From: Scyliorhinus canicula
Taxonomy: Eukaryota
Assembly (NCBI RefSeq): GCF_902713615.1
Contig: NW_024056010.1
Span: 124,001-188,000 of the forward strand
DNA length: 64,000 nt
Direction of reading: 5' to 3'
Numbering within the stretch: the first letter of the stretch is position 1; each line of letters opens with the position of its first letter. Below the pieces are notes generated by a model. It was not told where the DNA came from. It searched no databases and worked only from the letters and a program-made list of their open reading frames with translations. This document shows positions 22,482 through 34,446 of the stretch, piece by piece. The translations under genes and the position numbers were made by a program.

Positions 22482-24883
22482 TCTCGCTCCTCAATGTGGA
22501 TGCTAAGTTGCTGGCGAAGATCCTGGCTACCAGGATAGAGGACTGTGTGCCAGGGGTGATACACGAGGATTAGACAGGATTTGTCAAGGGAAGACAGCTT
22601 AACACGAATGTGCGGAGGTTGTTAAATGTTATCATGATGCCGGCGGTGGAGGGGAAGGCGGAGATAGTGGTGGCGCTAGATGCAGAGAAGGCGTTTGATA
22701 GAGTTGAGTGGGGGTACCTGCGGGAGGTGCTGGAGCGGTTTGGATTTGGGGAGGGGTTCATCAAATGGGTGAGGTTGCTTTATGAGGCCCCGATGGCGAG
22801 TGTAGTTACTAATGGAAGGAGATCAGAGTACTTCAGGCTCTACCGTGGGACCAGGCAGGGGTGCCCCCTGTCCCCCTTGCTTTTTGCACTGGCAATTGAA
22901 CCTTTGGCTTTGGCGCTGAGGGAGTCGGGGAGGTGGAGAGGCCTGGTGCAGGGTGGGGAGGAACATTGAGTATCGCTGTATGCGGACGACCTGCTGTTGT
23001 ATGTGGCGGATCCAGAAGGGGGAATGCCGGGGGTGATGGAGCTGTTGGCTGAGTTTGGGGCTTCCCGGGCTGAATCTGGGCAAGAGCGAGGTATTTGTAG
23101 TGCACCCGGGTGATCAGGAGGAGGGAATTGGGAGACTCCCATTTAAGAGGGCAGTGAAGAGTTTCAGATACCTGGGGGTGCAGGTGGCCAGGAGTTGGGG
23201 GACTCTCCACAAGCTTAATTTTACCAGGCTTGTGGAGTAGATGGAGGAGGAATTTAAAAGGTGGGACATGGTGCCGCTATCGCTGGCGGGTAGAGTGCAG
23301 TCCGTCAAAATGACGGTGCTCCCGAGGTTCTTGTTCCTTTTTCAGTGTTTGCCCATCTTTATCCCTAGGGCCTTTTTTAGAAGGGTGACTTGCAGCATCA
23401 TGAGCTTTGTTTGGGCGCATGGGACCCCGAGGGTGAAGAGGGCCTTCTTGGAGGGGGGTAGAGATGGTGGGGGGCTGGCGTTACCCAATCTTTCTGGGTA
23501 TTATTGGGCGGCCAATGTGTCGATGGTGCGCAAGTGGGTGATGGAGGGGGCGGGGGCAGCACGGAAAAGGTTGGAGATGGCGTCCTGTGGAGGCACAAGC
23601 CTGGGGGCCCTGGTAACGGCGCCGTTGCCGCGCCCTCCTACGAGATATACCACGAGTCCGGTTGTGTCGGCTACCCTCAAGATTTGGGGGCAGTGGAGGC
23701 GACATAGGGGGGAAGTGGGGGGCTCAATGGAGGCTCCGCTAAGGGGGAACCATCGGTTCATCCCGGGGAACATTGATGGGGGGTTCCAGGGTTGGCACAG
23801 AGCGGGCATCGGAAAGCTGAGGGACCTGTTGATTGATGGGAGGTTTGCGAGCCTGGGAGAGTTGGAGGAGAAATTTGAGCTCCCCTCAGGGAACATGTTT
23901 AGGTACCTGCAGGTAAAGGCGTTTGCTAGGCGGTAGGTGGAGGGATTCCATTTGCTTCCCGCGAGGGGGTGAGGGACAGGGTGCTTTTGGGGATCTGGGT
24001 CGGGGATGGGAAGATATCTGATATCTACAAGGTATTGCAGGAGGTGGAGGAGGCGTCAGTAGAGGAGCTAAAGGCTAAGTGGGAGGGGGAACTAGGGGAA
24101 CAGATCGAGGATGGGACATGGACGGATGCCCTGGAGAGGGTTAACTCTTCCTCCTCATGTGCGCGGCTTTGCCTCATCCAATTCAAGGTGCTGCGCCGGG
24201 CCCACATGTCCGGGTCTAGGATGAGTACGTTCTTTGGGGGCGAAGACAGGTGTGTCCAGCGAATCATACCCATATGTTCTGGGCATGCCCGGCACTGGAG
24301 GATTTCTGGAAGGGGGTGGCGAGGACGGTGTCGAGGGTGGTAGGATCCAGGATCAAGCCAGGCTGGGGACTTGTGATTTTTGGGGTTGCGGTGGAGCCGG
24401 GAGTGCAGGAGGCGAGAGAGACCGGTGTTTTGGCCTTTGCGTCCCTAGTAGCCCGGCGGAGGATCTTGCTACAGTGGAAGGATGCGAGACCCCCAAGCGT
24501 GGAGACCTGGATCAATGACATGGCGGGTTTTATTAAGCTGGAGAAGGTCAAATTCGCCCTGAGAGGATCGGTACAAGGTTCTTTAGGCGGTGGCAGCCTT
24601 TCCTCGACTTTCTGGCTCAGCGATAGGGAACTGGGTCAGCAGCAGTAGCAACCCGGGAGGGGGGGGGGGGTGTCGTTGACTATGTTTATTTAATTTTAAT
24701 TTATTTTTAAGTTATCTTGTTATTTACTGGGTTTGGGGAGGGTGGGGGGGGGGGGTGCGATATATGCGTTGCTACTGTCTTGGGGGTGTTATACTTATTA
24801 TGTTGTTTTATTGTTGCTTGTTACTGTTTGTTGTTATATTTTTTGTTAAAAATTTCGATAAAAATAATATTTTTGAAAAAAAC
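22482..24883 (+). mobile_element. 5'-truncated, inactivated L1/Tx1-like LINE (RT and C-terminus)
   Basis: LDAEKAFDRVEW, GTRQGCPLSPLLF, LYADD; stops and frameshifts; 16-bp TSD AACAACAAAATAAACA at 22466-22481 and 24884-24899. Confidence 0.93.
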
Positions 24884-25564
24884 AACAACAAAATAAACAA
24901 TGTACATGAAACTATAAACATAGTGCAAAAGCCGTCTCCCTCTCTTACAGGTCCCAGCTTTAGTAATGTTGTATTAACCTGACGATAACATCTCAATAAA
25001 TTCTGGTTACTTGTTTATTAAAACATAACATATTAACCCATTAATTCAGCTGATAAATGATATCATGCTCTTTAGTAGTCTTGTGTGATATTATCATTAC
25101 TTTTTTCATGGTTTGTACCTAAATATCTCATCTCTTTCTGAAGGATGTAATAATGTCTTTGTATTCAGTCCATCTCCTGACCCTCTGTCTCAGTGTCGAC
25201 AACTTACATTCATAGAATCATAGAATCCCGACAGTGCTGAAGCAGGCCATTCGGCCCATTGTCTGTCCTTTCAGATCATTTATCTCTTCATGTCTAATCT
25301 TATCCTCAGTGTGACCTCTGAGAACCTGTTTCTATTGTAGGTCCTTAGTTTTAATGTGTGCAAGTGTCATTACTGTTGAAAAATGTTTATTAAAGTTATT
25401 CAGATCTTCTTGCGTTGCCTCCCTCTGTCTACATTCCCCACCTCGAGGCTCAATAAGGTGCTTCCTTTTGTAGCTTTAGAGTTTTCTCTTGCTCAGTACA
25501 AACATTTCTATTATATTCTTTCCCTTTGTAACCTGTTTACTTGAATTTTTACTTGTAATTGAGT

Positions 25565-25870
25565 GCGGCACGGTAGCACAGTGGTTAGCACTGTTGCTTC
25601 ACAGCACCAGGGACCCGGGTTTGATTCCCGCTTGGGTCACTGTCCGTGCGAGTTTGCACGTTTTCCACGTGTTTGTGTGGGTCCCTGCGGGTGCTCCGGT
25701 TTCCTCCCACATGTCCCGAAAGACGTGCTGTGAGGTGAATTGGACATTCTGAATTCTCCCTCAGTGTACCTGAACAGGTGCTGGAGTGCAGCGACTGGGA
25801 GATTTTCACAGTAACCTCATTGCAGTGTTAATGTAAGCCATCTTGTGACACTAATAGATTATTATAATTT
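25565..25870 (+). mobile_element. V-SINE with (ATT)n tail
   Basis: Same architecture as 15045-15345. Confidence 0.85.
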
Positions 25871-26029
25871 CCGTAACGTTGTGGTCTTTCCAGACACTGG
25901 TACTTTAACCCCAGGATTGGTCAGGTTGGATGGGACTGTCCACCTTATGGGACAGGAGGTATTCCTGTGTCAGTGTGTGTGACTGTCGCTCTCTGTGTTT
26001 CAGAATGTGGTTGTGTATTCAAAGGTGTG

Positions 26030-29000
26030 TGTCTCTGCAGACTGTGTGTGTCTGCAGGCTGTGTGTGTCTGCAGGCTGTGTGTGTCTGCAGGCTGTGTGT
26101 GTCTGCAGGCTGTGTGTGTCTGCAGCCTGTGTGGATCTGCAGCCTGTGTGTGCCTGCAGGCTGTGTGTATCTGCAGACTCTGTGTGTCTGCAGCCTGTGT
26201 GTGTCTGCAGGCTGTGTGTGTCTGCAGACTGTGTGCGTCTGCAGGCTGTGTGTGTCTGCAGAATGTGTGTGTCTGCAGACTGTGTGTGTCTGCAGGCTGT
26301 GTGTGTGTCTGCAGGCTGTGTGTGACTGCAGGCTGTGTGTGTGTCTGCAGGCTGTGTGTGTCTGCAGGCTGTGTGTGACTGCAGGCTGTGTGTGACTGCA
26401 GACTGTGTGTGTCTGCAGACTGTGACTGCAGGCTGTGTGTGTCTGCAGGCTGTGTGTGACTGCAGACTGTGTGTGTCTGCAGGCTGTGACTGCAGGCTGT
26501 GTGTGACTGCAGGCTGTGTGTGTCTGCAGGCTGTGTGTGACTGCAGGCTGTGTGTGTCTGCAGGCTGTGACTGCAGACTGTGTGTGTCTGCAGACTGTGT
26601 GTGACTGCAGGCTGTGTGTGACTGCAGACTGTGTGTGTCTGCAGACTGTGACTGCAGGCTGTGTGTGTCTGCAGGCTGTGTGTGACTGCAGACTGTGTGT
26701 GTCTGCAGGCTGTGACTGCAGGCTGTGTGTGACTGCAGGCTGTGTGTGTCTGCAGGCTGTGTGTGACTGCAGGCTGCGTGTGACTGCAGGCTGTGACTGC
26801 AGACTGTGTGTGTCTGCAGACTGTGTGTGACTGCAGGCTGTGTGTGTCTGCAGGCTGTGTGTGTCTGCAGGCTGTGTGTGACTGCAGGCTGTGTGTGTCT
26901 GCAGACTGTGTGGGTCTGCAGGCTGTGTGTGTCTGCAGCCTGTGTGGGTCTGCAGGCTGTGTGTGCCTGCAGGCTGTGTGTGTCTGCAGACTGTGTGTGT
27001 CTGCAGCCTGTGTGTGTCTGCAGGCTGGGTGTGTCTGCAGACTGTGTGTGTCTGCAGGCTGTGTGGGTCTGCAGGCTGTATGTGTCTGCAGCCTGTGTGT
27101 GTCTGCAGACTGTGTGTGTCTGCAGGCTGTGTGTGTCTGCAGGCTGTGTGTGTCTGCAGACTGTGTGTGTCTGCAGACTGTGTGTGTCTGCAGGCTGTGT
27201 GTGTGTCTGCAGGCTGTGTGTGACTGCAGGCTGTGTGTGTGTCTGCAGGCTGTGTGTGTCTGCAGGCTGTGTGTGACTGCAGGCTGTGTGTGACTGCAGA
27301 CTGTGTGTGTCTGCAGACTGTGACTGCAGGCTGTGTGTGTCTGCAGGCTGTGTGTGACTGCAGACTGTGTGTGTCTGCAGGCTGTGTGTGACTGCAGGCT
27401 GTGTGTGTCTGCAGGCTGTGTGTGACTGCAGGCTGTGTGTGTCTGCAGGCTGTGACTGCAGACTGTGTGTGTCTGCAGACTGTGTGTGTCTGCAGACTGT
27501 GTGTGACTGCAGGCTGTGTGTGTCTGCAGGCTGTGTGTGTCTGCAGGCTGTGTGTGACTGCAGGCTGTGTGTGTCTGCAGACTGTGTGGGTCTGCAGGCT
27601 GTGTGTGTCTGCAGCCCGTGTGGGTCTGCAGCCTGTGTGTGCCTGCAGGCTGTGTGTGTCTGCAGACTGTGTGTGTCTGCAGCCTGTGTGTGTCTGCAGG
27701 CTGTGTGTGTCTGCAGACTGTGTGTGTCTGCAGGCTGTGTGTGTCTGCAGCCTGTGTGTGTCTGCAGGCTGTGTGTGTCTGCAGGCTGTGTGTGTCTGCA
27801 GGCTGTGTGTGTCTGCAGACTGTGTGTGTCTGCAGGCTGTGTGTGTCTGCAGACTGTGTGTGTCTGCAGGCTGTGTGTGACTGCAGACTGTGTGTGTCTG
27901 CAGGCTGTGACTGCAGGCTGTGTGTGACTGCAGGCTGTGTGTGTCTGCAGGCTGTGTGTGACTGCAGGCTGTGTGTGTCTGCAGGCTGTGACTGCAGACT
28001 GTGACTGCAGACTGTGTGTGTCTGCAGACTGTGTGTGACTGCAGGCTGTGTGTGACTGCAGACTGTGTGTGTCTGCAGACTGTGACTGCAGGCTGTGTGT
28101 GTCTGCAGGCTGTGTGTGACTGCAGACTGTGTGTGTCTGCAGGCTGTGTGTGACTGCAGGCTGTGTGTGTCTGCAGGCTGTGTGTGACTGCAGGCTGTGT
28201 GTGTCTGCAGGCTGTGACTGCAGACTGTGTGTGTCTGCAGACTGTGTGTGACTGCAGGCTGTGTGTGTCTGCAGGCTGTGTGTGTCTGCAGGCTGTGTGT
28301 GACTGCAGGCTGTGTGTGTCTGCAGACTGTGTGGGTCTGCAGGCTGTGTGTGTCTGCAGCCCGTGTGGGTCTGCAGCCTGTGTGTGCCTGCAGGCTGTGT
28401 GTGTCTGCAGACTGTGTGTGTCTGCAGCCTGTGTGTGTCTGCAGGCTGTGTGTGTCTGCAGACTGTGTGTGTCTGCAGGCTGTGTGTGTCTGCAGCCTGT
28501 GTGTGTCTGCAGCCTGTGTGTGTCTGCAGGCTGTGTGTGTCTGCAGGCTGTGTGTGTCTGCAGGCTGTGTGTGTCTGCAGACTGTGTGTGTCTGCAGGCT
28601 GTGTGTGTCTGCAGACTGTGTGTGTCTGCAGGCTGTGTGTGTCTGCAGACTGTGTGTGTCTGCAGACTGTGTGTGTCTGCAGGCTGTGTGTGTGTCTGCA
28701 GGCTGTGTGTGTGTCTGCAGGCTGTGTGTGACTGCAGGCTGTGTGTGTGTCTGCAGGCTGTGTGTGTCTGCAGGCTGTGTGTGACTGCAGGCTGTGTGTG
28801 ACTGCAGGCTGTGTGTGACTGCAGACTGTGTGTGTCTGCAGACTGACTGCAGGCTGTGTGTGTCTGCAGGCTGTGTGTGACTGCAGACTGTGTGTGTCTG
28901 CAGGCTGTGACTGCAGGCTGTGTGTGACTGCAGGCTGTGTGTGTCTGCAGGCTGTGTGTGACTGCAGGCTGTGTGTGTCTGCAGGCTGTGACTGCAGACT

Positions 29001-30127
29001 GTGTGTGTCTGCAGGCTGCGTGTGACTGCAGGCTGTGTGTGTCTGCAGGCTGTGTGTGACTGCAGACTGTGTGTGACTGCAGACTGTGTGTGTCTGCAGG
29101 CTGTGTGTGTGTCTGCAGGCTGTGTGTGACTGCAGGCTGTGTGTGTCTGCAGGCTGTGTGTGTGTCTGCAGACTGTGTGTGACTGCAGGCTGTGTGGGTC
29201 TGCAGGCTGTGTGTGTGTCTGCAGGCTGTGTGTGACTGCAGGCTGTGTGTGTCTGCAGGCTGTGACTGCAGACTGTGTGTGACTGCAGGCTGTGTGTGTC
29301 TGCAGGCTGTGTGTGTCTGCAGGCTGTGTGTGACTGCAGACTGTGTGTGTCTGCAGACTGTGTGTGTGTCTGCAGGCTGTGTGTGTCTGCAGGCTGTGTG
29401 TGACTGCAGGCTGTGTGTGTCTGCAGGCTGTGACTGCAGACTGTGTGTGACTGCAGGCTGTGTGTGTCTGCAGGCTGTGTGTGTCTGCAGGCTGTGTGTG
29501 ACTGCAGACTGTGTGTGTCTGCAGACTGTGTGTGTCTGCAGGCTGTGTGTGTCTGCAGGCTGTGTGTGCCTGCAGGCTGTGTGTGTGTCTGCAGGCTGTG
29601 TGTGTCTGCAGCCTGTGTGTGCCTGCAGGCTGTATGTGTCTGCAGCCTGTGTGTGTCTGCAGGCTGTGTGTGTGCCTGCAGGCTGTATGTGTCTGCAGGC
29701 TGTGTGTGTCTGCAGGCTGTGTGTGTCTGCAGGCTGTGTGTGTCTGCAGACTGTGTGTGACTGCAGACTGTGTGTGTCCGCAGGCTGTGTGTGCCTGCAG
29801 GCTGTATGTGTCTGCAGCCTGTGTGTGCCTGCAGGCTGTGTGTGCCTGCAGGCTGTGTGTGCCTGCAGGCTGTGTGGGTCTGCAGGCTGTGTGTGCCTGC
29901 AGGCTGTGTGTGTCTGCAGGCTGTGTGTGTCTGCAGACTGTGTGTGACTGCAGGCTGTGTGTGCCTGCAGGCTGTGTGTGCCTGCAGGCTGTGTGTGACT
30001 GCAGGCTGTGTGTGACTGCAGGCTGTGTGTGTCTGCAGACTGTGTGTGTCTGCAGGCTGTGTGTGCCTGCAGCCTGTGTGGGTCTGCAGGCTGTGTGTGT
30101 GTCTGCAGACTGTGTGTGACTGCAGAC
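26030..30127. repeat. 4.1-kb satellite of ~17-bp CTGCAG-RC-(TG)n units
   Basis: Main unit ctgcaggctgtgtgtgt with variable TG number and recurring variant blocks. Confidence 0.97.
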
Positions 30128-30242
30128 TATCTGTGCTGCTTCTAATCAGCTGTAACATAAACCTTCCTCTCTCTGAGCAAATGCTGTTGGTTCACTGAGA
30201 ATCCCACCCAGTGATTTGAATGGTGCCACTCCGATTCTTCAT

Positions 30243-30778
30243 AAAATCCCTACAGTGCAAAAGGAGGCTATTCGGCCCATCGAGTCTGCACCAACTCTTC
30301 GAAAGACCCCCTTACCAATCCCCTGCCCTATTCCTGCTACACCATCCTAAGGGATAATTTAGCTTGGCCAATCCCCCTAATCTGCACATCATTCGACTGT
30401 GGGCAGAAACCGGAGCACCCAGAGGAAACCCACGCAGACATGGCGGGGAATTGTACCATCTCCATACAGTCACCCGATGTTAAAATCAAACCCGGGCAGC
30501 ACGGTGGCCTAGTGGTTAGCACAACCGCCTCACGGCGCTGAGGTCCCAGGTTCGATCCCGGCTCTGGGTCACTGTCTGTGTGGAGTTTGCACATTCTCCC
30601 CGTGTCTGCTTGGGTTTCGCCCCCACAACCCAAAAATGTGCAGAGTAGGTGGATTGGCCACGCTAAATTGCCCCTTAATTGGAAAAAATAATTGGGTAAT
30701 CTAAATTTTAAAAAAAATCAAACCCAAATCCCTGGCGCAGTGAGGCAGCAGTGCTAGCCGCTGTACCACCATGCTGCT
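30243..30778 (-). mobile_element. V-SINE split by a nested SINE
   Basis: Tail at about 30245; head resumes after 30725. Confidence 0.75.
30494..30713 (+). mobile_element. Short A-tailed V-SINE
   Basis: 12-bp TSD AAAATCAAACCC at 30482-30493 and 30714-30725; TT|AAAA target. Confidence 0.9.
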
Positions 30779-31419
30779 ACAGGACAGGAAACCTACACCA
30801 CCTCTAAAATAAAACCAGAATCAGTCCGACCTCAGTCACCGAGCTCCAGTTTGCAGATGCCTGAACTCTGGTAAAGCTATCCAGCTCCATTGATTCTATA
30901 ACCATTAATACTCTCGCCTCACAAATTACTCGCAATCTCAGCGCTTTAAATATTTTCTATTGACAGAATTGCAGATTTCACTATATTTTCTTAAAAGTGA
31001 TTTCTGACATTGCTCCTGAACAGCCCAGTCTCAGTTAGACAAATAAATCTCACTGATTTAGACATTTAAATAGCGACAATTATTTTACTCTTAACTGGTT
31101 ATGTGACAAAATTTGAAAAGCATAATAAGTTTGAGTAAAACACTGCAGAAGCTGGAAATGTGAAGTGAAAACAGAAAGTTGTGGAAATCCTCAGCAGGTT
31201 TGGCAGCTTCTGTGAAGAGAGAGAGTTAACATTTCCAATGCAATCTGATTCTTCTTCAGAAGTGTGTTTGCAGCATTGTGGTTTAATTTGACAAACATAA
31301 TGAATGTGAACTTTGTGGTTCTTACAGATATCTGGCTGTAAATCTGATTTCAGACCTTCCTCTGAACACTTTGCAACCTCAGCTCCAGCTCATTGTCCTT
31401 CACTAAAGACCCGGATAGA

Positions 31420-31670
31420 AAATCCCGCCACAAGATGGCGGCAGCCACCGGGTGACCCGGGAGGAAGTCCCGCCCACTCCCTCTACCCATACCAAGATGG
31501 CCACCCCCAGCACTCAATCTCTGAATGAAACATTCGCCTTCCTGTCCCAAGATGGTGGCTGGTTGCCACGGAAAATCCAGACCTTGATTACCAGCTTCCT
31601 ATTGGTCCGGAGCTGCCACCCATTACTCCACAGCCATTTTGGATTGGAGCATGCGCAGTGCGGGTATGAA
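31420..31670 (+). promoter_or_regulatory. CpG promoter of ZNF remnant F
   Basis: Three AAGATGG (YY1-type) motifs, GGAAGT, ATTGG x2 and GCATGCGC. Confidence 0.6.
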
Positions 31671-31956
31671 GCTGGACCCCCCAATAAGACCCATTGATTT
31701 TATTGTCAGTCTGCAGACAGGAGCTGGAGAACTGAACCCAGGCAGAGGAGAGGGAGGGAGAAAACTGGGAGTGGAGGAAAGAAATGGTGCAGATGGGTTT
31801 GGATTTCAGCCCAGGGAGGAGGGAGAGTGTGTAGGATGGGGATTTACAGCTTTGGGGGAACAAGAGAGGAAAAAATATTCCAGAGAAACTGGAATTGTCT
31901 GTTCAGAATTTCTATCCTGGACTGACAGTGATGGCTTTTATAAACTCCTTTTACAG

Positions 31957-32268
31957 GATATTGGAAGTGGAGCATTGGCCGACAGAAAACTGAAACCAAA
32001 TATCGAAATCTGACAGTCACTCAATTTTTTAGAACCTGAATATCATCGGCCTTTGAATGTGGAAGGAGAAATGTTTCTCTGTACTGTTTGTGGGAAAAGA
32101 TTTCAGACATCAGTGTGACTGGAAAAGCACCGAGACACAGACTCCTCGAGTCAGAGTGTTCCAGTGAACTGACTGTGGACAGAGCTTTAACCAGTTACAC
32201 AGCCTGAAAAAACATTGCACCGTTCACAGTGGGGAGAAACCATACACGTGTTCGGTGTGTGGATGAGT
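31957..32268 (+). pseudogene. Truncated ZNF exon F, cut by CR1
   Basis: Acceptor ttttacag ending 31956; decayed fingers ...[13 protein letters not shown] then abrupt CR1 sequence. Confidence 0.75.
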
Positions 32269-34140
32269 TCTATATAACTGTAACATAATTTCCAAGCTTT
32301 TATATTCTATACCCGTCCTATGAAGGCAAGTATGCCATATGCTTTCTTTACCACCATTTCCACCTGTGCTGTCACTTTTAAGGATCTGTGGGCCTGCACA
32401 CCCAGATCTCTCTGTGTCTCTATGCTCCTGATGGTTCTGCCATTTATTTTATAGCTCCCACCTGAATTGGATCGACCAAAATGCATCACCTCGCATTTGT
32501 CTGGGTTAAATTCCATCTGCCATTTCCACGGCCAATTTTGCAGCCCATCTATATCCTGTTGTATTCTCTGACAATCTTCATCACTATCCACAACTCCTGC
32601 AATCTTAGTACCATCCGCAAACTTGCTAATCAGACCCGCTACGTTTTTTACTAAATCATTTATATATATTACAAAGAGCAGAGGTCCCAGAACTGATCCC
32701 TGCAGAACACCACTCGTGACAGACCTCCATTTGGAAAAACACCCTTTCACTGCTACCCTCTGTCTTCTATGGCCAAGCCAGTTCTGGATCCATCCAGCTA
32801 GTTCACCCCTGACCCCATTTGATCTAATCTTTTGCACCAGCCTCCCATGAGGGACCTTATCAAATGCTTTACTAAAGTCCATGTGGACATCTACAGCCCT
32901 TCCCTCGTCAATCATTTTGTCACCTCCTCAAAAAATTCAATCAAGTAAGTGAGACATGACCTCCCTTGCACAAAACCATGCTGTCTGTCACTAATAAGAC
33001 CATTCACTTCCAAATGTGCATAGATCCAATCTCTGAGAATCTTTTCCAACAATTTCACTATCACTGACGTCAACCTCACTGGCTATAATTACCCGCATAA
33101 TCCTTGCAACCCTTCTTAAATAACGGCACAACATTGGCTACCCTCCAATCATCTGGGATCGCACCTGTGGCCAATAAGGAAAACAAAGATTTATGTTAGA
33201 GGCCCAGCGATTTCCTCTCTTCCTCAGTAATCTGGGATAGATGCCACCTGGCCATGGGGATTTGTCTACCTTAATGCTTTTTAACAAACACTTCCTCCCT
33301 CGAAATAATGACTTGTTCAAAAGTTTTTACACATCCCTCTGAGACACCACCAATCAACGTGTCCCTCTCCATTGTGAATACCGATGCAAAATACTCATTA
33401 AGGACTTCACCTCCTTCCTTTGGTTCTACACCATAATTTCCCTCCTTTGTCCTGGAGTGGACCAACTCTTTCTCCAGCTACCCTTTTGTTCCTAATATAC
33501 GTATAAAATACCTTGGGATTCTCCTTAATCCTATCTGCCAAGGACACTTTGTGACCCCTTTTTGCCCACCTAACTCCCAGCTTGAGCTATTTTCTACTTT
33601 CCTTCTATTCCTCAAGTGCTTCATCTGTTTTTAGTTGCCTTTATGTCACATATGCATCTTTTTCATTTTGACCAGATTCTCAATTTCCCTGGTCATCCAT
33701 GGTTCCCGAACCCTGCCTTTCCTGTCCTTCCTTTTTACCGGCACATGCCTGTTCTGCATTCCCATCAACTGCTCCTTAAGAGACTCCCACATGTCAAATA
33801 TGGATTTCCCCTCAAACAGCCTCTCACAAACAACAGCCACTAAATCCGGCCGAATCTGGTTGTAGTTAGGCTTATCCCAATTTAGCACCTTAACCCGAGG
33901 ACAACACTCGTCCTTTTCCATGAATATCCCAAAGCTTACGGAATTGTGGTCACTGTTCGCCACATGTTCGCCTACTACAACTTTGATGACATGGCAGGGC
34001 TCGTTCCCTGGTATTATTCCCCTATCTAGTCGGACTATCCACATATTGTTCCAAAAAAACCATCGTGGACACAGTTAACAAATTCCTCACCATCCAGGCC
34101 CCTTACCCTCAGGGTTCACCACTCAATGAGGAAAATTAGA
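32269..34140 (-). mobile_element. CR1 LINE ORF2 internal fragment (endonuclease end to RT), inactivated
   Basis: DFSKAFDKVPH, QGSVLGPLLF, SKFADGTK, KWQMEFNPDKC; EN-region peptide at 33646-34044; no 3' tail seen. Confidence 0.93.
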
Positions 34141-34446
34141 GGCTCATGGAAGGGAGGGAAGCAGCAGAGGCAGCTGATCGGATTGACTCAATCTCAGTCA
34201 CAAAGAAGCTCCACAGGCTCCTCACACTTCTTGTTGGAGGTGAGGATGGAAGAGACAGGGGAGAGCGAGAGTACTTCAAAAGGGACTGACTTGTGTTAGA
34301 GATATTAAAAAAGGTTCAGCACACTGCGTATTTCACACAAATCTAATTTATTTGACTTTTAGCCAGTATATTAGCCCCTGTAAATGGGCTTGAATTTATC
34401 AGCAGAAAAAGACCCAACTGAACATCGCAAAATCTAATCACTGTGG

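Noticed and set aside
26019-30158. 1379-aa His/Thr/Gln-rich ORF and many Cys/Val-rich ORFs
   Set aside because: These are translations of the 17-bp satellite, whose minus strand happens to lack stops. There are no splice signals or domain features.
31135-31262. Third hammerhead-like motif in a Penelope-type end (minus strand)
   Set aside because: CTGAAGA and GAAA are present but stem II cannot form; too decayed to call.
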